DNA of 32,000 bases from the NCBI RefSeq assembly GCF_000091665.1, contig NC_000909.1, positions 1,342,117 through 1,374,116 on the forward strand, written 5' to 3'. The notes beneath the pieces are model-generated. The model was not told where the DNA came from. It saw nothing but the letters and a program-made list of their open reading frames with translations, and searched no databases. The DNA is from Methanocaldococcus jannaschii DSM 2661. GTDB taxonomy: Archaea; AGJL01; Methanococci; Methanococcales; Methanocaldococcaceae. This document shows, one piece after another, positions 16,062 to 23,989 of this stretch (its first letter is position 1; every line of letters starts with the position of its first letter). Position numbers and translations under genes: made by a program.

Positions 16062-17237
16062 ATGAAAAAGGACACTTTATTACTTATAATTTTAATCTTA
16101 TTTTGCATCGTTCATGTTTATGGTATTTATGTACATATTTATGGTATTAATGTTAGCTTAGAAAATGTTAGTCAATACCTTTACAACACTACGGTTTATC
16201 TTTCTTATGAGAATGGAACTCCATGTTTTTATATTGGAGAGAAAAAAGAATTCGTGATTATTCCTCCATATATAAAAGTTGATAGAGACATAGCTCCTTT
16301 AATTAAAAAACTAAGATTTAAAATAGAGAATAAAAGTTATAACCTTATCATTACAAAGAAAAATGTAAATACAAACAAGATGGCTATTATTTTTACTTCA
16401 ATAAATGGTTCGAGAGAAGTTAATGGCAATAAGACAATTATCTGGATAAAAGACCCACTCAAATTAAAACAATCAGAGGTTGAGGCATTATATGAATTAC
16501 CAGAAAAAGGAGAGGTTATAGCAAGATATAAAGACGGAAAACCAGCGGCGATAAAGATAAATAATAAAATATATGTTGGTTTTAAGCCAGATGAGGATGT
16601 TTTAGCTAATCTTATTTATATACATATAGTTAAGAAAACATCAAATCCTCTGCCCTATATACTTTTTACTGTTTTCTTAACTCTTGCATCTTTAATGCTA
16701 ACTTTTCAAGAAACCCTAAAAAAGAAGTTTTTGGAGCTAATATCTGCACTAGCATCAGTAAAAGTATTTATCCTCTCTCGTATAAATCTTCTTGATGAAG
16801 AAAAAGTCCTTCTAAATGACACAAGAAGAGAAATTTACAATTATATTTTAGACAATCCTGGATGTCATTTAAGAGAACTTTCTAAAAACCTAAATAAACC
16901 AGTATCAACACTTACGTGGCATTTAAGAATATTAGAAAAAGCAAATCTAATTAAAAGTAAAAAATTTGGTAATCGATTAATTTACTATCCAGCAGATATG
17001 GATATGAGGGATTTGCCACTGTTATATTTAAAAAATGAAACGCAAAAAAGCATATTTGAATATTTATTAAAAAGTCCTGCTCATTTAAGAAAGATTGCTA
17101 AAGATTTGAATTTGAATGTTGAAACTGTAAGGTATAATTTAAAAAAACTGGAAAATCTTGGAATTGTAAAATCTAAAGAAGAGGGAAACAGAATAGTATA
17201 TTATATAAATGAATCTATCTTAAAGTTTCATAAATAA
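16062..17237 (+). CDS. Membrane-tethered transcription regulator: N-terminal signal/anchor, ~165-aa ectodomain, TM helix, two tandem ArsR-like winged helix-turn-helix domains
   Basis: Hydrophobic N-terminus [16 protein letters not shown] and second [21 protein letters not shown]. wHTH 1: [56 protein letters not shown]. wHTH 2: [55 protein letters not shown]. Confidence 0.8.
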   Translation: MKKDTLLLIILILFCIVHVYGIYVHIYGINVSLENVSQYLYNTTVYLSYENGTPCFYIGEKKEFVIIPPYIKVDRDIAPLIKKLRFKIENKSYNLIITKKNVNTNKMAIIFTSINGSREVNGNKTIIWIKDPLKLKQSEVEALYELPEKGEVIARYKDGKPAAIKINNKIYVGFKPDEDVLANLIYIHIVKKTSNPLPYILFTVFLTLASLMLTFQETLKKKFLELISALASVKVFILSRINLLDEEKVLLNDTRREIYNYILDNPGCHLRELSKNLNKPVSTLTWHLRILEKANLIKSKKFGNRLIYYPADMDMRDLPLLYLKNETQKSIFEYLLKSPAHLRKIAKDLNLNVETVRYNLKKLENLGIVKSKEEGNRIVYYINESILKFHK

Positions 17238-17808
17238 AGTTATATTTCTTATATTTTTCCAAGTTATTTAAAATTTCCTGTAAAATGTTGTCTAATTGAT
17301 TTAAACAATCTTCAAAGCTTTTTTCATTAACTACTACAAAATCAGCCAATGCAATAGCATGTCCAATACTAAATCCTAACTCCCTCAAGTCCCTCTCTAC
17401 AAATACTTCCCAGTTTGCTGAATCATCTTCCCTTCCTCTTTTTTTCAATCTCTCAAATCTTGTTAATGGAGAAGAGTGAATGGCTATTAAAACCAAAGGT
17501 TTATGTTTTCTAAAATAATTAACCTCATATAAGCTCCTTATACCTTCAACAATAACTATTTCTTTATCTTTTAAATTTTCTTCTATATATTTTAGACATG
17601 CAACTGCAATTGCCTCATTTCCAAACTCCTCTCTTAGCTTTATAGCTGTATTTCCAACATTTTCTGGAGTTAATTCTAAGCCTCTTTTTTTTGTTTCATA
17701 TCTAACAACGTCTCCCATGGAAACTATTGGTAGATTATATTTTTTAGCAATTTCATAAGCTGAGCTTTTTCCCGCTCCTGGCATTCCTGTAATACCTATC
17801 AACAGCAT
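17215..17808 (-). CDS. P-loop nucleotide kinase-like protein (dephospho-CoA kinase / adenylate kinase-like fold; UPF0200-type)
   Basis: Walker A motif [12 protein letters not shown] at the N-terminus, ~197 aa, small-kinase layout. GTGAAACC lies before the ATG. Its 3' end overlaps the convergent upstream gene by 23 nt. Confidence 0.7.
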   Translation of the reverse strand: MLLIGITGMPGAGKSSAYEIAKKYNLPIVSMGDVVRYETKKRGLELTPENVGNTAIKLREEFGNEAIAVACLKYIEENLKDKEIVIVEGIRSLYEVNYFRKHKPLVLIAIHSSPLTRFERLKKRGREDDSANWEVFVERDLRELGFSIGHAIALADFVVVNEKSFEDCLNQLDNILQEILNNLEKYKKYNFIYETLR

Positions 17809-17817
17809 GGTTTCACA

Positions 17818-18021
17818 CTACGTTACATTGCTTAAGGATTTTTCAGCAACATTGGAACTTTGATTTATAACATCCATATTTGCATTTCTTGTTTCGATAG
17901 CTGTCTTTATCAAATAGTATGAAACAATTATTGCTGAGAGAACAACAACCATAACTAACAAAGAAAATTCTAAAGAAATTTGTCCTTTATTGGATTTTAT
18001 AAATTTCATTATAAATTTCAT
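17818..18021 (-). CDS. Small archaeal type IV pilin-like protein with a class III signal peptide (KGQ-type, Epd-like)
   Basis: MKFI-MKFIKSNKG/QISLEFSLLVMVVVLSAIIVSYYLI: a short basic leader, then KG|Q, then a hydrophobic helix with E at +5. This is the pattern of prepilins cut by EppA-type peptidases in methanococci. GGGGAT lies 3 nt before the first ATG; the second ATG is at 18009. Confidence 0.8.
   Translation of the reverse strand: MKFIMKFIKSNKGQISLEFSLLVMVVVLSAIIVSYYLIKTAIETRNANMDVINQSSNVAEKSLSNVT
17998..18021 (-). repeat. Perfect 12-bp tandem duplication covering the pilin start codon (ATGAAATTTATA x2 on the coding strand)
   Basis: The + strand reads tataaatttcat at 17998-18009 and again at 18010-18021, giving MKFI-MKFI. 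Confidence 0.9.
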
Positions 18022-18137
18022 AATATCCCCAAAAAAGTTTTACTAAATTTACTAATAAGTTATTATAAAGTTATAATTATTTATAACTTATTTTATTCAT
18101 AGCTTTATTTGAATGTTTATTTGAACGGTGATTTATA

Positions 18138-20564
18138 ATGCTTATTGTTAGGAAGCCAAAAAAGAAAAAAGATGAGATAGAAATTGTTAAAGTAGGTGGA
18201 AAAATAGAAGATGGGATAGAAGTTAAAAATAATCAGAAGATATTTGCAAATTACAAAAAAGTTGGAGATAAATACAAATTATACAGATGTAGAGTAGGAG
18301 ATAAGTTAATTCAGCCGTCTAAGGTTTTGGAGTTGTTAAAATCTGACAAAATATTTATATTAAAAGAAAATGAGGAAGAAATAGAAGAAGTTTTAAAATC
18401 ATACAATTTAAAGTTTGATTATATAGAACTCTGCCCATTCTGTTTATTAAAAAATATCTACAAAAGATTGACAAGAAATAATAGATGTAGATATGGAAAT
18501 TTAGAAATATGTATAAACTGCGGGATTAATGAAATCAAAGAGGAAGTAAAAATTAGCGAAGAATTTATAGAGAAATTTTTAAAGAGATTTAAAGATGTTG
18601 ATAAAGTTCTATCTTTGTTGAGAATAAGAAATCCATTGGATAAGCCGGAATTAACAAGATATGATATTATAACAGGTAGTGAAGAAGATAAGATTGAAAA
18701 TTATAAGATAGATGAGTTAGATATTCCAGAAGAACTTAAAGAGATAATAAAGAGTAGGGGGATTGAAGAGCTTTTGCCTGTTCAAACACTATCCGTTAAA
18801 GCTGGTTTGTTAAACGGAGATGATTTATTAATTATTTCAGCAACTTCATCTGGAAAAACTTTAATTGGTGAGTTAGCAGGAATTAAAAATTTAATTAAAA
18901 CTGGAAAAAAGTTTCTATTTTTAGTTCCTTTAGTTGCCTTAGCAAATCAAAAATACTTAGAATTTAAAGAAAGATATGAAAAATTAGGTTTTAAAGTTAG
19001 TTTAAGAGTTGGATTAGGTAGGATTGGAAAGAAAGTTGATGTTGAGACATCGTTAGATGCTGATATTATCGTTGGGACTTACGAAGGAATTGATTATTTA
19101 ATTAGAACTAAAAGATTAAAAGATATTGGAACAGTGGTTATTGATGAAATCCACTCTTTGAATTTAGAGGAGAGAGGAGCAAGATTGGATGGTTTAATTG
19201 GTAGGCTGAGGTTTTTATTTAAAGAGGCACAAAAAATATATTTATCAGCAACAATTGGAAATCCAAAGGAATTGGCTAAACAACTAAATGCCAAATTAGT
19301 TTTATATAATGGAAGGCCAGTTCCTTTAGAGAGACATATAATTTTCTGCAAAAATGACTTTGCCAAACTAAATATTATCAAAGAAATTGTTAAAAGAGAA
19401 TGGCAGAACATTTCAAAATTTGGATATAGAGGGCAGTGCTTAATATTTACTTACTCAAGAAAGAGAGCAGAGTATTTAGCTAAAGCTTTAAAATCTAAAG
19501 GAATTAAAGCAGAGTTCTATCATGGAGGTATGGAATATATAAAAAGAAGGAAAGTTGAAGATGATTTCGCAAATCAAAAAATTCAGTGCGTTGTTACAAC
19601 TGCCGCTTTATCTGCAGGGGTTGATTTTCCAGCATCAACTGTTATCTTAGAGAGTTTAGCTATGGGGGCTGATTGGTTAAATCCTGCTGAATTCCAGCAA
19701 ATGTGTGGGAGGGCTGGAAGAAAGGGGATGCATGAAATTGGGAAGGTCTATCTTTTGGTGGAAATAGGGAAGAAATATCATGCAAAGATGGAAAATACTG
19801 AGGATGAAGTGGCATTTAAATTATTAAACGCAGTTCCTGAAGATGTTAAAGTTGAATATAATGAGGATGAGGAGGAAGAGCAGATATTAGCTACAATCTC
19901 AGCTGGAATAACTAACAGATACGATATAGATAGAGTTCCTTATATTGGAAGGGCATTTTCTTTGAACAAAATTTTGAGTAATTTAGAGAGTTATGGAATG
20001 ATAAAAGCTAATAATGATGTGAAATTAACAAATTATGGAAGTGCAGTTGCTATTTCATTTTTATATCCAAAGGTTGCTGAAAAAATTAAAGAGGGGATTA
20101 TTGAGAATAAAGAGATTATAAAACTAATTACTGAAATTATGCCCTTTGAAAACGTCTATTTATCAAACAATTTAAAAATAAAGCTTTCAAAAATTTTGAA
20201 TATAAATGTTCCTTCAAGGTTTTTTGATGCTTTGGAAGTTATTAGGGAGGGGATGGAAAAAATTAAGGATAAGAAGTTAAAGGAGGATTTAACTTTAATT
20301 ATTATGGAATTTGAGGGAGTTGAAGTTGAAGAAAAAATTTTAGAGATGATTATTAATCTAAGGATTTCTGGAAAAACTCCTGGACAGATATCAAAGACAT
20401 TATATGAAGAGTTTAAAATACAAACGTACTCTGGAGATATTTACTATTACTTAGAGCAGTTATTAAATCTTTTAGACGCTACAGAGAGAATAGCGAGGAT
20501 ATTTAACAAGAGATATGCCGAGAAAGTTAAAGAACTAAAAGAGAAAATTGAAAATCCAAAATAG
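18138..20564 (+). CDS. Superfamily 2 (Ski2/DEAD-like) ATP-dependent helicase with an N-terminal Cys4 zinc ribbon
   Basis: Motif I ISATSSGKT, motif II VIDEIH, motif III LSAT, motif VI QMCGRAGRKG. CPFC...C...CINC lies upstream of the core. SD GGTGAT is 5 nt before the ATG. Confidence 0.9.
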   Translation: MLIVRKPKKKKDEIEIVKVGGKIEDGIEVKNNQKIFANYKKVGDKYKLYRCRVGDKLIQPSKVLELLKSDKIFILKENEEEIEEVLKSYNLKFDYIELCPFCLLKNIYKRLTRNNRCRYGNLEICINCGINEIKEEVKISEEFIEKFLKRFKDVDKVLSLLRIRNPLDKPELTRYDIITGSEEDKIENYKIDELDIPEELKEIIKSRGIEELLPVQTLSVKAGLLNGDDLLIISATSSGKTLIGELAGIKNLIKTGKKFLFLVPLVALANQKYLEFKERYEKLGFKVSLRVGLGRIGKKVDVETSLDADIIVGTYEGIDYLIRTKRLKDIGTVVIDEIHSLNLEERGARLDGLIGRLRFLFKEAQKIYLSATIGNPKELAKQLNAKLVLYNGRPVPLERHIIFCKNDFAKLNIIKEIVKREWQNISKFGYRGQCLIFTYSRKRAEYLAKALKSKGIKAEFYHGGMEYIKRRKVEDDFANQKIQCVVTTAALSAGVDFPASTVILESLAMGADWLNPAEFQQMCGRAGRKGMHEIGKVYLLVEIGKKYHAKMENTEDEVAFKLLNAVPEDVKVEYNEDEEEEQILATISAGITNRYDIDRVPYIGRAFSLNKILSNLESYGMIKANNDVKLTNYGSAVAISFLYPKVAEKIKEGIIENKEIIKLITEIMPFENVYLSNNLKIKLSKILNINVPSRFFDALEVIREGMEKIKDKKLKEDLTLIIMEFEGVEVEEKILEMIINLRISGKTPGQISKTLYEEFKIQTYSGDIYYYLEQLLNLLDATERIARIFNKRYAEKVKELKEKIENPK

Positions 20565-20606
20565 ATAATATTTGGATACATGATTTTATAATAACACATA
20601 TAAAAA

Positions 20607-20619
20607 TTTTTTATTTTTT
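20607..20619 (+). terminator. Oligo-T terminator candidate after the helicase gene
   Basis: TTTTTTATTTTTT about 43 nt past the stop. Archaeal RNA polymerase terminates at T-runs. Confidence 0.4.
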
Positions 20620-20639
20620 AATAAAAATGTTTATTTAGC

Positions 20640-20965
20640 TTTTATTTTTGATTTAGAGGTTGTTAAATCAGCGATTTCACCCAATTATAGAACATTATGA
20701 AGCTTTTTACTCAACTAACAACCGTATCGAATTTACCATTACTTGGAAATCTATTTAAAACCTCTTTAATCTTATGATAATAAATTCTAATCGATTCGTG
20801 ACTTATATCTTCGAATTTGGAGGGGGATAAACCACTTTCCTCAATGATAATCCGAGGTAGTATAAAAGCCCTGCTAAGATTTTAACCTCTATCGATTCCT
20901 ATTCCTTTTAAAAAGCTTCCTCTCTACGATTCTCTCCTTTATAACTTCTATCATGAGCCTCATAT
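20640..20965 (-). pseudogene. Decayed ORF remnant, possibly the N-terminal HTH part of a transposase-like gene
   Basis: The minus strand reads [24 protein letters not shown], then in the next frame [31 protein letters not shown], then [15 protein letters not shown] and [15 protein letters not shown]. These pieces chain across frames and stops. No intact ORF is present. Confidence 0.3.
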
Positions 20966-21166
20966 TTTATTATTTTTTATCAATATTTAATAAAAACTTA
21001 ACTTGACAATCTCTTCTATCACCTTTAGAAAAAGTAATATAATTTTAAGGTTGTTTTGAAATTCTAATTATTTTTTAATCCAAAAAGAAATATTTTATTG
21101 CATATATTTTATTACATATTAGCAGTTAAAGGTTATTTTATATTTAAATCTTTAAAACTATTTAGA

Positions 21167-21187
21167 TAAAAAAAAGAAAGAAAAAAG
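21167..21187 (-). terminator. Oligo-T terminator candidate downstream of the 346-aa pilin-domain gene
   Basis: The coding strand reads TTTTTTTCTTTCTTTTTTTT immediately after the stop. Confidence 0.45.
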
Positions 21188-21195
21188 GTGAGAAT

Positions 21196-22236
21196 TTATA
21201 ACCTATCTTTTAATACAATATTGACATCAACTTGTTTATATACTCCTTGGTCGGAAACAACTTTTACAGGGATTTTAACAGTTGTTTCTCCACTTGGCTC
21301 TTCTTGGAAACCCATACTTGAACCAAAGAAGAAGAATATTTCTTTTGAAACTTTTTCTCCTTTATGTAATGTTCCAACATCCCATTCTGAAGTATAGAAC
21401 TTAGCATCGATTGGTGTTTTGTATTTGTAAAATGCTTGAGCAGTGTTCCATCCAATGAATTTTGTAGCTGTTAATGTATTTGTCCAGCTTGAATATGAAC
21501 CATTAACCGCACATGCATACCACATATTGTTGAATCCTCCTGCATACAACCTCATACTTTGGACATCATTTTGTGAATATGGCCATTTCTTAGCAGTTGT
21601 AACTGATAAATCTTTACTACCATCTACTGCTGCAACTCCAGTAACTGAGTTTGGAGCTAATATGTAGTATACACTTGTATAGTTGTTTCCATCATCTCCA
21701 GTCCATGTAGCATCTGGGTATATTCCAGTTCTATTTAATATACCTTTAAATGGAGTCCCATCATTTGTGCATAATAAATATGCATCATAGTTTTGTCCGT
21801 TGTAGTTTAATGTAATCTTTTTGAGTGTTAAACCAGCAACTTCTGTGGCTCCGTCACTTTCTATTTTTACATTTGTTAATGTCGAATCATAGTAGTTTTC
21901 TAAAGTTAATGGAACTGGAACGATTAATCTTTCATCATATGAGCCATAATCTGTTGTAGTCAAGTGAGAGAGTTTGTAATCTGGAGTAGGATATGTTAAA
22001 TCCAAATCTCCTTCAACATCAATTTCTTTTGGAACTCCAACACCTATGGCTCCTGCAGCGTAGGTTATTGTGGATGTTGTTCCTTCTAATGCTGACTGAG
22101 TACTTTGCTGGCTGTTATTAAATAATCCACTTCCCCATGCGTAGAATACTGCTCCTACGACTATTGTAACTCCTAACACGATTAATAAGGCTAAGATTGG
22201 AGAGATTGCTTTTTTGTTCTTCATCCATTCAAACAT
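21196..22236 (-). CDS. Large secreted protein with an archaeal type IV pilin N-terminal domain (class III signal peptide, KKA|ISP type)
   Basis: MFEWMKNKKAISPILALLIVLGVTIVVGAVFYAWGS is the K-K-A-I-S-P-I-[LI]-A motif plus hydrophobic helix typical of the archaeal pilin N-terminal domain. It is followed by a ~310-aa globular region. GAGGTGAT lies 5 nt before the ATG. Confidence 0.85.
   Translation of the reverse strand: MFEWMKNKKAISPILALLIVLGVTIVVGAVFYAWGSGLFNNSQQSTQSALEGTTSTITYAAGAIGVGVPKEIDVEGDLDLTYPTPDYKLSHLTTTDYGSYDERLIVPVPLTLENYYDSTLTNVKIESDGATEVAGLTLKKITLNYNGQNYDAYLLCTNDGTPFKGILNRTGIYPDATWTGDDGNNYTSVYYILAPNSVTGVAAVDGSKDLSVTTAKKWPYSQNDVQSMRLYAGGFNNMWYACAVNGSYSSWTNTLTATKFIGWNTAQAFYKYKTPIDAKFYTSEWDVGTLHKGEKVSKEIFFFFGSSMGFQEEPSGETTVKIPVKVVSDQGVYKQVDVNIVLKDRL
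22129..22215 (-). repeat. 87-bp block identical to 23515-23601 (pilin-type signal peptide and hydrophobic core)
   Basis: ACTTCCCCATGCGTAGAATACTGCTCCTACGACTATTGTAACTCCTAACACGATTAATAAGGCTAAGATTGGAGAGATTGCTTTTTT occurs in both genes at an offset of 1386 nt and encodes KKAISPILALLIVLGVTIVVGAVFYAWGS. Confidence 0.9.
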
Positions 22237-22303
22237 ATTACATCACCTCGTTCTTTCCTCGGGTATCCTATTACAGGAGACCGTCATTGGAATTAAATAT
22301 TAC

Positions 22304-22313
22304 TTTATATATT
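22304..22313 (-). promoter_or_regulatory. TATA box candidate for the 346-aa pilin-domain gene
   Basis: The coding strand reads AATATATAAA, ~17 nt upstream of the conserved leader block ATGACGGTCTCC. An equivalent box is upstream of the paralog. Confidence 0.5.
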
Positions 22314-22524
22314 ATTAAACTTTCTTTAATGTAGGTGGTTATGTATATACGAATTTCGTCTATATAAAATTTTCTATATAATTCATAAAGAAAATTTTAA
22401 ATATGAAAATTTAACTAACAGTATGATTTTTATATGAAAAAATATTTATTTTTCATAAATTTTATTTTTTTCAGAATTTGAAAAGAGATTTTTATATTAA
22501 ATTTGAATTTATGGATGTATATAA

Positions 22525-22548
22525 ATAAAAAAGAAAAAATTAGAAAAT
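22525..22548 (-). terminator. Oligo-T terminator candidate downstream of the 357/374-aa pilin-domain gene
   Basis: The coding strand reads TAGATTTTCTAATTTTTTCTTTTTTATTTAT directly after the stop. Confidence 0.4.
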
Positions 22549-23622
22549 CTACTCATCATCATAGACCGTAAATTTAACTTTAACTTCTTTAGTTACTCCT
22601 TCGTTAGATACAACTTTTAACGGAACTTCAAATGTCACATATCCATCATTTGTAGATCCTTTGTAGTTTGGCAAGTATAATGTATTGAAGAATAAGTAGG
22701 TTTTTACAGTTTTTTCTGAGTTCTTTGGTAATGTTCCTACAACATATTCTGGGTTGTTGAATAGTTTATCTAAGTATGTTGCAGAACTGCAGAACCATTG
22801 TGCAACCAATGTTCCACTTCCAAATCCTGGTTTTAATTCTTCTCCAGTAGCTGTGTATAACTTAACATTACTACAGTATGTTCCATAATATGGCCATGAA
22901 GTCTCTACAAGTGGAGCTACTCCAGTTGTTGTATTAACTGCATCCCAGCTGGAGTCTGATGTTGCACCAACTGAAGAAGCCAATTTTCCATAGGTGTCTC
23001 TTGTCTGATTCCATGCAATTACATACCCATTACTAACTTCAAACATTCCTGATTTATTTACGTATCCAACGAACAATGTTCCATCTTTCTTCAACAATTG
23101 ATAGTTGTCATTTAGGTGTAACCAGAATGCATAGAACTTTGCAGATATATCTTCAAAGGCATTTGTGTAAGTTCCACCCATATCAACTATTTTTGGGATT
23201 CCTCCTACAACTTTAACTCCAGTTAATTTATAATCTTGTGTGTCAATAGTTACTGGAATTTCCACAATAAATCTTTCGTCATAGAATACTGTGCCGTATG
23301 TTGAATTATAACATCCATTTGAAGTAGATGGCTTTGCAATTTTTCCGTTACCATTTGGATAGCCTAACCATGAATCACTATCATCAGCATCTTGGTATCT
23401 TATTTTGTCAATACATGTTGCTGCAACCCTAATTGCCCCAGCATCATAAAACATATTTGTTGCAGTCCCTTCAACTGCTGCCTGTGTCTTTTCTTGGCTG
23501 TTTCCGAATAAATTACTTCCCCATGCGTAGAATACTGCTCCTACGACTATTGTAACTCCTAACACGATTAATAAGGCTAAGATTGGAGAGATTGCTTTTT
23601 TATTCTTTAACCAGTCCATCAT
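22549..23622 (-). CDS. Large secreted protein with an archaeal type IV pilin N-terminal domain (paralog of 21196..22236)
   Basis: MMDWLKNKKAISPILALLIVLGVTIVVGAVFYAWGS. GAGGTGGGAAG precedes ATG 23622. The ORF track's longer start at 23673 adds MTVSHGGILEGSSRGGK, which I interpret as leader sequence (see findings). The C-terminal end ...EVPLKVVSNEGVTKEVKVKF resembles ...KIPVKVVSDQGVYKQVDVNI of the paralog. Confidence 0.8.
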   Translation of the reverse strand: MMDWLKNKKAISPILALLIVLGVTIVVGAVFYAWGSNLFGNSQEKTQAAVEGTATNMFYDAGAIRVAATCIDKIRYQDADDSDSWLGYPNGNGKIAKPSTSNGCYNSTYGTVFYDERFIVEIPVTIDTQDYKLTGVKVVGGIPKIVDMGGTYTNAFEDISAKFYAFWLHLNDNYQLLKKDGTLFVGYVNKSGMFEVSNGYVIAWNQTRDTYGKLASSVGATSDSSWDAVNTTTGVAPLVETSWPYYGTYCSNVKLYTATGEELKPGFGSGTLVAQWFCSSATYLDKLFNNPEYVVGTLPKNSEKTVKTYLFFNTLYLPNYKGSTNDGYVTFEVPLKVVSNEGVTKEVKVKFTVYDDE

Positions 23623-23686
23623 CTTCCCACCTCTACTACTTCCCTCAAGTATCCCACCATGGGAGACCGTCATCGGGAGTAATAAT

Positions 23687-23696
23687 TTTATATATT
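23687..23696 (-). promoter_or_regulatory. TATA box candidate for the 357/374-aa pilin-domain gene
   Basis: The coding strand reads ATATATAAAA, ~14 nt upstream of the conserved ATGACGGTCTCC block. Confidence 0.5.
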
Positions 23697-23989
23697 TTTT
23701 ATTAATTTGTGTAGGTTATTATGTATATTATATTACTTATGCAGTATATCATGCCAAAATAATATATAAATCTTACGATTTTTTAAAAAATATTATTACT
23801 CAAATATTAATTTTTAAACAAATAATGATAAAAGATATTTTAAAATATTTTAAAGTTTTCTTTAATATTGTTAGGAAAATAGAGCCAAATTAAACATTCA
23901 CATTTCTTAATACGTAACTGCTGTTAAACTTTAAATATTAAATGTGATATAATATCAATCATCAAAATTTCTGTTAAAAGGTGAGATTA

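Noticed and set aside
20800-20890. C/D-box sRNA or tRNA in the moderately GC-rich part of the 20.6-21.2 kb gap
   Set aside because: I found no RUGAUGA/CUGA box pairs in appropriate spacing and no cloverleaf-compatible stems. The frame-hopping ORF fragments explain the composition better.
22434-22456. The ATGAAAAA-ATATTTA-TTTTTCAT inverted repeat between the two pilin-domain genes as a regulatory hairpin
   Set aside because: It is a pure A/T palindrome in a ~90% AT spacer, so it is likely to occur by chance. It has no counterpart upstream of the paralog.
23623-23673. N-terminal extension MTVSHGGILEGSSRGGK of the pilin-domain protein (ORF track start 23673)
   Set aside because: A strong GAGGTGGGAAG ribosome-binding site precedes the internal ATG at 23622. 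In the paralog, the homologous ATGACGGTCTCC block is a separate short ORF stopping before the main start. The block lies at or upstream of the predicted transcription start. It is kept as a finding (leader/uORF), not as coding sequence.
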